A stretch of DNA of 64,000 nucleotides, from positions 314,400-378,399 of the forward strand of contig CAVSHB010000003.1 of the NCBI GenBank assembly GCA_963727775.1, given 5' to 3'. How positions within the stretch are numbered: the first letter of the stretch is position 1; the number at the start of each line of letters is the position of its first letter. The DNA is from an uncultured Nitrospiraceae bacterium (GTDB taxonomy: Bacteria > Nitrospirota > Thermodesulfovibrionia > Thermodesulfovibrionales > SM23-35). Of the stretch, positions 8,990 through 18,433 are shown in pieces. The position numbers were made by a program, and so were the translations under genes. Under the pieces are notes generated by a model. It ran no database searches and was not told where the DNA came from. It worked only from the letters and a program-made list of their open reading frames with translations.

Positions 8990-9095
8990 GGTGTACCTCT
9001 CCAAACATGCATGCCCAATTGCTTATTTGAATAATCAAAAGCACATTTGAAAACAATAATAAATGAAGCTTATGCTCGCAAGTCTTTATTCACCT

Positions 9096-10550
9096 TTATG
9101 ATAAATTCATTGATACATAAAAAGTCTGTATTCCCCTCTTCATCAAAAAAATTATGGGTTTGCCTTTTTCTGTTTTTAACATAATGGATTCATAGTCGTT
9201 CTTATTTCTTACGGGTTTGCGGTTTACCTCTTTAATAATATCTCCTGCGTGTATACCGGCCTCAGCTGCTGGGCTGTCAGGTGAAATCTCGATCACAACA
9301 ATGCCGGCATTATCTTTAAGCCTGAACGCATTCTTCCACTGCGGTTTTATGTCGTCAACCGTCATTCCGAGGTTTTTCTCAGGTATATTCATTTGAGATG
9401 CCACACGTTCCTCTGACATCTCTGCCACAGTAATATTCAAGACTATCTCCTTTCCATCCCTTATCACTTTAACAGGTACTTTTTCCCCTATAGGTGTTTC
9501 AGCAACCCTGCGTGGAAGATCTGGCATGTTCTGAATATCTTTTCCATCGAATGAAATAATAATATCCCCCCTTTTGATTCCTCCAGCATCAGCAGGTCCG
9601 CCCGGGACAACATCACCAATAAGGGCGCCTTTTCTATCTTTCAACCCGAAAGCCTGCGCTATCTCAGGGGTTACAGATTGTATGGATATACCTATCCAGC
9701 CGCGGGTTACCTTGCCTTTGTCTTTTAGCTGTGAGACTACAGATTTTGCCATATTGCTCGGAATGGCGAACCCGATTCCCTGGCCTCCCGCGATTATGCT
9801 GCTATTGATCCCGATTACCTCGCCTTTCAGGTTGACCAAGGGCCCGCCACTATTCCCCGGGTTGATGGGTGCATCCGTCTGGAGGAAGTTGTCATAAGCC
9901 CCTGATCCAAGAGCTCTGCCACTTGCACTTATGATGCCCTGGGTTACCGTATGTTCCAGACCAAAGGGGTTCCCGACGGCAAGCACCCAGTCTCCAACCC
10001 TGATATTGTCCGAATTACCCAGCAAAAGGATTGGAAGGTCTTTAAACAAAGAAGAAATTTTTATTAAGGCAATGTCAGTCTTCGGGTCTCTTCCTACAAC
10101 CTTTGCTTTGAATTCCCTTCCGTCTATTAATTTTACTTTTATCTCTTCTGCACCTTCTACAACATGATTATTGGTGATAATGTAGCCATCCTTATCAATG
10201 ATGAAGCCGGAACCCAGACTCTGCTGTTTTAAAGCCCTATCCGGAATATTACCAAAAAACTGTTTGAAAAAGTCCCCGAAAGGACCTTCTTCACCAGGCC
10301 CGAAAAAGTGTCTGAACGGGCTTCCGGGTATCCGTAACGTTGTTGTGGTACTGATATTCACAACAGCAGGCTTTACCTTTTCTGCAAGATCGGCAAAAGA
10401 TTGTGGAAACCCGATAACCTCTGAACCATCCTTTTTCTTACATCCTGCAAAGACACAAAATATACCAGCAATAAGTGATATAAGAATAATGAGTGTCAGT
10501 CTATTCAAAATGTCCTTTTTCATAGTTTCCTCCTCTGATGGCTTCTTCAA
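9096..10550 (-). CDS. htrA: Do/HtrA-family periplasmic serine protease with two PDZ domains
   Basis: 484 aa; NNHVV, DIALIK and GNSGGPLVN catalytic triad context; two PDZ-like C-terminal regions. Confidence 0.9.
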   Translation of the reverse strand: MKKPSEEETMKKDILNRLTLIILISLIAGIFCVFAGCKKKDGSEVIGFPQSFADLAEKVKPAVVNISTTTTLRIPGSPFRHFFGPGEEGPFGDFFKQFFGNIPDRALKQQSLGSGFIIDKDGYIITNNHVVEGAEEIKVKLIDGREFKAKVVGRDPKTDIALIKISSLFKDLPILLLGNSDNIRVGDWVLAVGNPFGLEHTVTQGIISASGRALGSGAYDNFLQTDAPINPGNSGGPLVNLKGEVIGINSSIIAGGQGIGFAIPSNMAKSVVSQLKDKGKVTRGWIGISIQSVTPEIAQAFGLKDRKGALIGDVVPGGPADAGGIKRGDIIISFDGKDIQNMPDLPRRVAETPIGEKVPVKVIRDGKEIVLNITVAEMSEERVASQMNIPEKNLGMTVDDIKPQWKNAFRLKDNAGIVVIEISPDSPAAEAGIHAGDIIKEVNRKPVRNKNDYESIMLKTEKGKPIIFLMKRGIQTFYVSMNLS

Positions 10551-10931
10551 GTTTTTTTGTCCGTGCCTGATTGAACAAGCATTGAACTCTACTTTTCACA
10601 ATAATTATATCAAATAATAAAGTCGTAGGAAGAAGGATATTGACCTGTGAGGTATAACATGGCAATCTTCACTTTGGATCAAGACACAAGTTGACAATCT
10701 TTAATGGTAGTAATCGCATAAAAAAGGACAAAGTGAAGTTAGAACTGATATAGGTTAAGGAGCATGGAAAGTGTTTCAGAGATAGTAAAAAAGAATGATT
10801 AAGAAATTGATTCCCTGCAAAAGTATATCAGGCAGGAAGTGAAACAAACTCGATTTCTCGGAGACAAGTATGTTGAATGATATAATCAATATGTCTGTGG
10901 ATTTAAATAGTTACATAGAAGGATATAAATC

Positions 10932-13571
10932 ATGAACAACCCCTGGCACTCTTTAAAACTTGATGAAGTATTTAGAGTCCTGAACACATCTCCGGAGGGT
11001 CTTTTACAGTCTGCGGCTTCTGAGCGACTTAAGCGCTATGGGCCCAATAAAATAGCAGAGCCTGAAAAGGTCTCTGCCCTTAAAATACTCATTGATGAAC
11101 TTACAGGATTTTTTAATATCATCCTTTTCTTTTCAGCCTTTGTTGCCCTATCAGTGGGTTTTCTTCCAGGACATATTCCGAAATATCATGAAGTAATTTT
11201 TATATTTGCGATTATAATCCTCAACACGATCATTAGTTCTCTTGAAGAATATAAAGCCGCCCAGAGTATTCAATCCCTCCATAAGGTAATGAAAATAAAA
11301 GCAAGAGTTTTGAGGGATGGACAGGAAGCAGAGATTGATTCCAGCGAGATAATCCCTGGAGATATCCTTATTCTTTCTGAAGGAGATAAGGTGCCTGCTG
11401 ATGGAAGAATCACGGAGGGATTTGGATTAAAGGTGGATGAATCAGTATTAACTGGTGAGAGCGTCAGCGCAGACAAGAGTAATATGGAAGTGTCTCAAGA
11501 AGCTATACTCGCTGAAAGAACAGATATGGTCTATTCCGGAACATATGTGACACGAGGAAATGCAAAGGTTGCGGTATCAGCAACAGGGATGTCAACAGAG
11601 ATAGGAAAAATCGCGACTGACCTCTATGAGATAACAGAGCAACCAACATCTTTTCAACTGGAGGTTGCAAAGCTTGGCAAGCAGATTACCATTAGTATTG
11701 CTGCAATTGTAGCAGTCATAGCCGTAACCTATTATTTTTTTGAACACCTGAGTTTCTATGATGTGCTCATCAATTCTATCAGTCTTGGGGTAGCTGCTGT
11801 ACCTGCAAGCCTCCCTGTGGTTATGACATTTGCATTGGCTATGGGCACAAGGAAGATGCTTGAGAAGAATGCACTTGTAAGACATCTGAGTGTTGTAGAA
11901 AGCCTCGGTTCTGTAGATGTAATATGCACTGACAAGACAGGGACCCTGACAGAAAACAGGATGACGGTACAGAAGATATATGTTTTTGACAGGATATCAA
12001 AGACGGAGGATGAGGGTACAGGTTTCGGCACGCAGGCCGTATCATTATTATTAAAGGCATCTGTTCTTTGTAACGAGGCGAAGATTAACACAGACGAAAA
12101 AGATCGTGAAACCTATCTCGGTGATCCAACAGAACTAAGCCTTCTGCTTTTAGCAAGTGAGAAAGGCCTTAATCCCCGGGCCGAGAGAAAGAAATATCCA
12201 AAGATAGGTGAAATACCCTTTTCTTCCGAGACAAAGAGGATGACTACTATCCACAAGATAGATGAAAAGACTGTAGCATATTCCAAAGGTGCAGTGAGTG
12301 CTATTTTGAGTGGCTGTGATCAAATCCTGAAAGGCGATCATACAATGCCATTAACTTCAGGTGATAGGGACAAGATCATGGCGGCAGCAGATTCTATGGC
12401 AGGAGAGGCATTAAGGGTCCTGGCATTCTCCTACAAAGAAGTGTCATCTGTAGAGGCACCGGAGCAAGATGCTGAAAAAGGGATGGTATTCCTGGGACTT
12501 GAAGGTATGATGGACCCTCCAAGAAAAAAGGTTAGGCAGTCCATACAGATAGCCCGTGAAGCGGGAATAAAGATTGTCATGATTACCGGTGATAATAAAA
12601 AGACCGCACAAGCTATAGCCGGAGAGGTTGGGATCGGCAGTAATGCAGTGGAAGGTGAGGATATTGATAAACATGCTGTCGAAGAATTATCAAGAGATGT
12701 TGAGGCAATAGACATCGTAGCACGGGCAACCCCTCAGACAAAATACAAAATAACGCAGGCCTTACAGAAAAACGGCCATTATGTTGCAATGACAGGAGAC
12801 GGTGTTAACGATGCTTCGGCCATTAAGCAGTCTGATGTTGGGATAGCTATGGGATTGAGGGGAACAGACGTGGCAAAAGAATCCTCAGACATGATTCTGC
12901 TGGATGATAATTTCAAGACAATAGTAGATGCTGTTGAAGAAGGAAGAAGGATATTCGATAACATCAAGAAATTTGTGAATTATCTTCTCAGTGCCAACCT
13001 GTCAGAGGTTTTTGTTATATTGATTCTGTCATTCTTTGGCTATATACCGCTGACAGGTATTATGGTCCTATGGGTCAATATGGTAACAGATATCATGCCT
13101 GCAAGTGCCCTTGCTGTAGATCCAGCTAACCCGGGCATTATCAGGAGACAACCCAGAAAGGCAGGAGAGCCGGTACTCAATAGGGGTGTAAAGACGCTAA
13201 TCGCATTCAGTGGAATAAAAAAGGTTATTGTACTTCTTATCATTTTTTATATCGGGTTTCATATGGGAGGGATTAAATTGGCACAGACAATGGTCTTTAC
13301 CAGTGTAATATTATTTTCATTTGTCCGGATAATGATTGTTCGGCAGATGGATAAACTGTCTATATGGTCAAATAAATGGCTTCTCCTCGCAATGGCAGCA
13401 GGTATCAGTTTGCAACTTATAGTCCTCTATACACCTTTCTTAAGAAACTTCTTCAATGTAATTCCCCTGGGTTACATCCACTGGGTAATTCTTTTGCCTA
13501 TAGTAGTTTCCTCAGCCTTTTTAGGAGTATTCGGTGCAAGGATCATCATGAGATTTGTTCCGGCAATCTAA
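10932..13571 (+). CDS. cation-translocating P-type ATPase (type II, Ca2+/Mg2+-like)
   Basis: 879 aa; TGES, DKTGTLT, MITGDN and TGDGVNDA motifs with 10 TM-like segments. Confidence 0.9.
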   Translation: MNNPWHSLKLDEVFRVLNTSPEGLLQSAASERLKRYGPNKIAEPEKVSALKILIDELTGFFNIILFFSAFVALSVGFLPGHIPKYHEVIFIFAIIILNTIISSLEEYKAAQSIQSLHKVMKIKARVLRDGQEAEIDSSEIIPGDILILSEGDKVPADGRITEGFGLKVDESVLTGESVSADKSNMEVSQEAILAERTDMVYSGTYVTRGNAKVAVSATGMSTEIGKIATDLYEITEQPTSFQLEVAKLGKQITISIAAIVAVIAVTYYFFEHLSFYDVLINSISLGVAAVPASLPVVMTFALAMGTRKMLEKNALVRHLSVVESLGSVDVICTDKTGTLTENRMTVQKIYVFDRISKTEDEGTGFGTQAVSLLLKASVLCNEAKINTDEKDRETYLGDPTELSLLLLASEKGLNPRAERKKYPKIGEIPFSSETKRMTTIHKIDEKTVAYSKGAVSAILSGCDQILKGDHTMPLTSGDRDKIMAAADSMAGEALRVLAFSYKEVSSVEAPEQDAEKGMVFLGLEGMMDPPRKKVRQSIQIAREAGIKIVMITGDNKKTAQAIAGEVGIGSNAVEGEDIDKHAVEELSRDVEAIDIVARATPQTKYKITQALQKNGHYVAMTGDGVNDASAIKQSDVGIAMGLRGTDVAKESSDMILLDDNFKTIVDAVEEGRRIFDNIKKFVNYLLSANLSEVFVILILSFFGYIPLTGIMVLWVNMVTDIMPASALAVDPANPGIIRRQPRKAGEPVLNRGVKTLIAFSGIKKVIVLLIIFYIGFHMGGIKLAQTMVFTSVILFSFVRIMIVRQMDKLSIWSNKWLLLAMAAGISLQLIVLYTPFLRNFFNVIPLGYIHWVILLPIVVSSAFLGVFGARIIMRFVPAI

Positions 13572-13613
13572 AAAATAAAAATTAATCTGATTGCTTTAAC
13601 TATAATGCTTAAC

Positions 13614-14091
13614 TTACGTATGTTTATTTATGTCATCAAGCAGCATCTTATAATCCTGCGGTGTCAAATGCCAGGCTCCTGGCCTGAAGGGATTATCAAG
13701 GTCATCAATAACAATGTAGATCGTATATGCTAATACCCCGATGCTTAATGTGAAAATATAATCGATCCAGGGATTATTTACGCCGATGAAAAGGGAAAGA
13801 AGAATCAATAACACATCGGCGAAGATGAGAGTATTTTTTAAGATGTGAGGAATGTGAATTGCACTTTGGTAAAGTCTTCTATTGCGATTTTTTACGATAT
13901 CATAAAAAAGAGGTGCAAACTTCATTCTTCCTTTTTCTTCTGTCAGCCGTGCTATTTTATTTCGGAGAGTGTCTAAAATAATTTCCTCTGGCTCACTTCT
14001 TTTCCCTTGTTCCATTATAGGCCATCCTACTTGAATAGTGGAAAGATAGTCCTTTATACATTTAAGAATATTCCCCTGGATATCATTTAAT
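13614..14091 (-). pseudogene. C-terminal fragment of a membrane-protein gene (DUF4239-like, tentative) split by an IS
   Basis: ORF 13614..14171 takes its first ~27 codons from the IS end; genuine part starts near LNDIQGNILK and ends with DDLDNPFRPGAWHLTP. Confidence 0.6.
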
Positions 14092-15725
14092 CCTAAAAAA
14101 AGCGGTACGGGATACACATAAGGGGCGAAGCATGCAATAATAAACGGAAAAAGAGTGGCAGGAGGGTTCACCTAATGGGTGAGGCAAAACGGCGTGCGAT
14201 AGCAAGGAGCAACTCAGTAGGAATTGATACATATGCGGGGAAGATACACGTAGAATGGGACCCTGATGCAGCTGTTACCCCATTGGGGCAGTTGCCATTT
14301 TTCATAGAATTTCTGAAAGTCAGCGGGTTGTTTGATTCCTTTGTAAAAGAGTGTCCCCTCTCCTATAGCAGCCCGAATGCGCCGAAGAAGAGAAACGTGT
14401 TAGGCACTCTCATGCTTTCGATACTTGCGGGACATAAGCGATATGCACATATCGCAGCGATACGAAGTGATGGAGTGAATCCCGAGTTATTGGGGATGGA
14501 TAAGATAATCAGTGAAGATGCGGCGCGTCGGGCCTTATTGCAGATAGAAGAAGGGACTGGGATACAATGGCTTGAATCAGAGCTTGCACGCTGCACGATG
14601 CCTGTATTATCGGCAGTATCAGGCCCCTCCTGGATACTTGATACGGACACGACGGTAAAGTGTCTGTATGGCAAACAAGAGGGGGCAGTTGTGGGATATA
14701 ATCCTAAGAAACCTGGGCGGCCCTCACACAGTTACCACAGTTATTTTATGGCAAACACACGATTAGCGTTAAAGGTAGAAGTGAAGGCGGGCAATGAGAC
14801 CGCATCGAGTCACAGCACGGCTGGATTATGGGAATTGGTAGAGAGTATTCCCCGGGATAATCGGCCGGCCTTCATCCGTGGAGATATAGCGTTTGGAGTA
14901 GAGGGAGTGTTATCAGAGGCAGAAAAACGTAGTATACATTATGTCACAAAGCTGAGGATTACGAAGAATGTAAAAAGATTGATCGAGAGAATGTTTGAGA
15001 TGGAAGAATGGGTAAAAGCCGGTGCCGGATACTATGGAATGGAGTCAGAGCTGAAGTTATTTGGGTGGAGCCGTAGTCGCCGGGTGATCGTGCTGCGCCG
15101 ACCTATACCTGGGGATATTCTTTTGCAGAAAAAAGGGAAAGATCAAATGGAGATGAGTTTCATCGAGACACAAGGGGGAGTGGCTAAGTATGAGTACACG
15201 GTGCTGGTGACTTCTCTTTCTGATGAGGTATCAAGTATTGCACAGCATTACCGGGATCGTGCAGACAGTGAAAATATCTTTGACGAGTTAAAGAATCAGT
15301 GGGGCTGGGGCGGATATACGACAAAGGATTTGAAGCGATGCCGCATGATTAGTCGCATGGTAGCTCTTGTATATAACTGGTGGTCGCTGTTTGTGCGCCT
15401 GGCCAATCCAAATAAACATCATGAGGCAATAACGAGCAGACCGTTGCTGTTACACGCAGTTGCGAAACAGACAAAACATGGGGGACAGACTTTTCTGACT
15501 ATTACCAGTCCTCATGCAAAGGCTGAAAAGGTGCGGGGAGCATTGTTACGACTATCACTGTTCCTCGGGGATATTAGGACCACTGCGGAGCAGTTGAATA
15601 TCGCTGAGCGGATGAGGATTGTAGCAATGCATGCTTTTAGAAAAATCATCGGCCCTTTGAACATAAATTCAGGGAAATTGCTCCCTCAAACTGGTGTGGC
15701 ATGATCTCTAACTGCTTTTTTTAGG
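14092..15725 (+). mobile_element. IS1380-family-like insertion sequence, copy 1 (1634 bp)
   Basis: imperfect terminal IRs CCTAAAAAAAGCGGTACGGGAT / CCTAAAAAAAGCAGTTAGAGAT; flanking 5-bp TTAAT / TTGAT; single DDE transposase ORF. Confidence 0.75.
14175..15704 (+). CDS. IS1380-family DDE transposase
   Basis: 509 aa; YGKQEGAVVGYNPKKPGRPSHSYH and ADSENIFDELKNQWGW motifs. Confidence 0.85.
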   Translation: MGEAKRRAIARSNSVGIDTYAGKIHVEWDPDAAVTPLGQLPFFIEFLKVSGLFDSFVKECPLSYSSPNAPKKRNVLGTLMLSILAGHKRYAHIAAIRSDGVNPELLGMDKIISEDAARRALLQIEEGTGIQWLESELARCTMPVLSAVSGPSWILDTDTTVKCLYGKQEGAVVGYNPKKPGRPSHSYHSYFMANTRLALKVEVKAGNETASSHSTAGLWELVESIPRDNRPAFIRGDIAFGVEGVLSEAEKRSIHYVTKLRITKNVKRLIERMFEMEEWVKAGAGYYGMESELKLFGWSRSRRVIVLRRPIPGDILLQKKGKDQMEMSFIETQGGVAKYEYTVLVTSLSDEVSSIAQHYRDRADSENIFDELKNQWGWGGYTTKDLKRCRMISRMVALVYNWWSLFVRLANPNKHHEAITSRPLLLHAVAKQTKHGGQTFLTITSPHAKAEKVRGALLRLSLFLGDIRTTAEQLNIAERMRIVAMHAFRKIIGPLNINSGKLLPQTGVA

Positions 15726-15999
15726 TTGATAGATGCCGGGAAAAAAGCCATAACTCGCGGATGGCATCTGCTTCTCCCTTGATAGATTCAACGAGATGAT
15801 TCCAGTTTTCCCACTCTTTCTGAATGGTAAAGGCAGCAAGGATGCTGAAGATAAGACATATGGCTGAGTAGAGCTAGGGTATCCCGCCTAAATCCCGTAA
15901 ATCCAATAATAGAATTCTTCCGTGATCAATTGTTCGCATCAACCAGAATACTAAAGAAAAAATAATAAAAAAGAGAATTATTTTTGGAATAAATTTCAT
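15726..15999 (-). pseudogene. N-terminal fragment of the IS-split membrane-protein gene, with an additional in-frame TAG
   Basis: minus strand reads MKFIPKIILFF...GGIP*LYSAICLIFSILAAFTIQKEWENWNHLVESIKGEADAIRELWLFSRHLS; removing the IS plus one 5-bp copy joins it in frame to 13614-14091. Confidence 0.55.
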
Positions 16000-16009
16000 T
16001 TAGGAGGTC

Positions 16010-16441
16010 TTAAGGCTTTGAACTGAAGCCTCTCCTCATCATGCGTCCTTTCCAAAGAGGCATGCAGGAAGAATCCCTGAGAGGCGTGATCTTCCCAGTC
16101 GAAAGATTTTTGAGACGGCTCGCGACGATATATAGATTTCCATCACGAGCGATATATTTCGATCCGGTAACTTCATAGGATATTCCGGATCTGAACTCAA
16201 TGCCTTCCCTGGCGATGTACCACGGCGGTGCGGTGACGACTCTATAATCCTTAACTCCGGATTTAAGAATTATAATCACCGGACCTCTCATCTCCCGCAT
16301 AACTTCTCGCACTGTCCCTTTTATAGTTACCTCGGTATTTTCATCGTACCCTTCTCCGCCTTCGCTTTCCGCATAAGCAGCAGAAAAGAGAAAAAATATT
16401 AAAAAATAAGCCAGCAAACCACTTTTTGTGTAACTGTTCAT
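16010..16441 (-). CDS. secreted hypothetical protein, last gene of the ZraP-like unit
   Basis: 143 aa; N-terminal signal peptide; no family recognised with confidence. Confidence 0.55.
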   Translation of the reverse strand: MNSYTKSGLLAYFLIFFLFSAAYAESEGGEGYDENTEVTIKGTVREVMREMRGPVIIILKSGVKDYRVVTAPPWYIAREGIEFRSGISYEVTGSKYIARDGNLYIVASRLKNLSTGKITPLRDSSCMPLWKGRMMRRGFSSKP

Positions 16442-16546
16442 GCTTTCCCTAATAATACCTGATTTTGATCTTGCGTTTTGTTCTTTAACGCGAAGATGGC
16501 GAGGACACAGATTGCGTGTACTCTCTGTGTCCTCCCTTTGTTCCTG

Positions 16547-16954
16547 CTAAATCCTGCCCATTCCGCCCATGTGTCCTGAGCCATATCCGCAAGTACCGCA
16601 TCCACCGCTAAAACCGCTTGTCGCCGCCCTTTTCTGTATTTCGGTCCTTACGTCAACCATCTCCTTCCGTTTGGCCGAAATTGCGTTCCAATCAGTCGGC
16701 GTCTGCGTTCGCAGAGTCATCAGTTCCGTCCTGAGTTGAAGCATCTTCTGCTTCAGCGGCAGGATGTCTGTTTGAAACTTGGCGAACTTCTGGGACTGCT
16801 CAGGCGTTACGGTCGCTGCCGCCCCTGGGCATGTCCCGTAACCTGCGCCCATTCCCCGGCCATAGCCAGGGCCGAAAGCAAAGGCTGCGGTGACGACTAT
16901 TGCGACTATTGCGACTACTAACCCTGCAATAAGACCTCTTTTCATGCTGATCAC
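16547..16954 (-). CDS. Spy/CpxP/ZraP-family periplasmic protein
   Basis: 135 aa; signal peptide, Gly/Met-rich ends, central LTPEQ-type helices (TPEQSQKFAKFQTDILPLKQKMLQLRTEL). Confidence 0.75.
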   Translation of the reverse strand: MISMKRGLIAGLVVAIVAIVVTAAFAFGPGYGRGMGAGYGTCPGAAATVTPEQSQKFAKFQTDILPLKQKMLQLRTELMTLRTQTPTDWNAISAKRKEMVDVRTEIQKRAATSGFSGGCGTCGYGSGHMGGMGRI

Positions 16955-16990
16955 CCCTTTCTGTGGTCAATTTCATCCTGACCATAGTAA

Positions 16991-17007
16991 AGCAATCATC
17001 ATGCCGG
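16991..17007 (-). promoter_or_regulatory. sigma-54 (-24/-12) promoter
   Basis: minus strand CGGCAT-GATGA-TTGCT with GG-N10-GC spacing, about 40 nt upstream of the 16954 start. Confidence 0.55.
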
Positions 17008-17059
17008 AATAAAACGTACTGATTTATTGAGTTTTTTTCAACAAAGCATCTGTTTGTCT

Positions 17060-17092
17060 GCAAATATTGCGCTAAATTAGTGCAATATTTGC
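17060..17092. promoter_or_regulatory. candidate enhancer (UAS): two 11-bp near-palindromes 22 bp apart
   Basis: GCAAATATTGC ... GCAATATTTGC, about 60-100 nt upstream of the sigma-54 promoter and next to the activator gene. Confidence 0.45.
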
Positions 17093-17101
17093 GTCACGAC
17101 A

Positions 17102-18433
17102 TCATGTGATGTCATATTCCTTAATCTTGTACTGAAGAGACCTTAGGGATATGCCGAGCATCTCAGCCGCCCTCCTCCTATTCCCACCCGTACGGGAAAG
17201 TGTATTACTTATCGCTTCCTTTTCGATGGCCTTCAAATCTCCGCTGATTATTCGCTCGTGAGCCGGCTCGGAAATATAACCCATGCCGGAGATATGCAAC
17301 TCCGGGCCTTTACTCACAATGATCGCACGCTCGATAACATTTTCCAGTTCGCGTATATTGCCTGGCCATGCATATTCCATCATCTCCTTCATGGCCGCGT
17401 CAGGAATGGTTTTCGGCTCCCTTCCAATCTTTCTTGAGATGATGTCGAGAAGATAATGCGTAATCTTTTCAAAATACTCCCTGCGTTCTCTCAGTGGTGG
17501 AACTGAGATGGGGAAGACATTCAGACGATAAAAGAGGTCTTCCCTGAACTTTCCTTCTCTTACCATCAGCTTTAGATCCCTATTCGTAGCCGCGATAATC
17601 CGTGTATTTGTTTTGATCGTAATGAGTCCTCCGAGTCGTTCAAAGGTTCTTTCTTGGATGATCTTCAGGAGCTTGGCCTGCAGAGTCAGGCTTATCTCCG
17701 ATAATTCATCCAGCAGTATAGTGCCGTCATTGGCGAGCTCAAATTTGCCCTTTTTCTGAGCCAGTGCGCCTGTGAATGCGCCCTTCTCGTGACCGAAGAG
17801 CTCCGACTCGAGCAGATTTTCAGGAATGGCGGCGCAGTTGATATTCACAAAGGGCCCCTTCCTTCCGCTCAGGCGATGCAGAATCTTTGCCACCAGCGTC
17901 TTGCCTGTTCCAGTCTCGCCGTAAAGCATAACCGTAGTATCCGTCGGAGCAACATCCTTTACCTCCCTTAACACGCTGTCCATTCCGGCAAACACGATCT
18001 CGATGGAAGGAATGTCTTCAAGAAGGGCTGATTTCAAGAGAGCATTCTCGCTGAGGAGAACCTGATGCTCAAAGACTTTGGCTACCGCAATCCTAAGCTG
18101 GTCCGGATCTTTGAGGGGCTTGGTAATGTAATCCACAGCGCCTCTTTTCATGGCTATGACCGCTGTCTCGACAGTAGCAAAGGCAGTAACCATGATGAAA
18201 TCGACTTTGCTGCCTTTCTTAACCTCTTCCATAAACCGGATGCCGTCCATCTTCGGCATTTTCAAATCAGAAATGATCAGATTGGGGTCGAAGGAATCCA
18301 GGACTTTCAGTGCGTCTTCGGGATCAGAGCGTCCCTTGACTGTATACCCCTCACCTTCAAGAATTTTTGTCATCAGAAGAAGAAAGGATTTTTCATCATC
18401 TACGATAAGTATCCTGAAATTCTCCTTATTCAT
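17102..18433 (-). CDS. sigma-54-dependent response regulator (NtrC/ZraR type)
   Basis: 443 aa; receiver domain, AAA+ GETGTGKT, GAFTGA loop (EKGAFTGA), C-terminal HTH. Confidence 0.9.
   Translation of the reverse strand: MNKENFRILIVDDEKSFLLLMTKILEGEGYTVKGRSDPEDALKVLDSFDPNLIISDLKMPKMDGIRFMEEVKKGSKVDFIMVTAFATVETAVIAMKRGAVDYITKPLKDPDQLRIAVAKVFEHQVLLSENALLKSALLEDIPSIEIVFAGMDSVLREVKDVAPTDTTVMLYGETGTGKTLVAKILHRLSGRKGPFVNINCAAIPENLLESELFGHEKGAFTGALAQKKGKFELANDGTILLDELSEISLTLQAKLLKIIQERTFERLGGLITIKTNTRIIAATNRDLKLMVREGKFREDLFYRLNVFPISVPPLRERREYFEKITHYLLDIISRKIGREPKTIPDAAMKEMMEYAWPGNIRELENVIERAIIVSKGPELHISGMGYISEPAHERIISGDLKAIEKEAISNTLSRTGGNRRRAAEMLGISLRSLQYKIKEYDIT

Noticed and set aside
10551-10931. 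Long leader of the P-type ATPase as an M-box riboswitch, or a leader peptide (MESVSEIVKKND at about 10764)
   Set aside because: No M-box-like conserved segments are visible. The mini-ORF has no proline or charged sensing features, and no attenuator hairpin is obvious.
13614-14171. Full 185-aa ORF as an intact gene
   Set aside because: Its first ~27 codons are read out of the IS1380-like terminal repeat. The real gene is the IS-split pseudogene.
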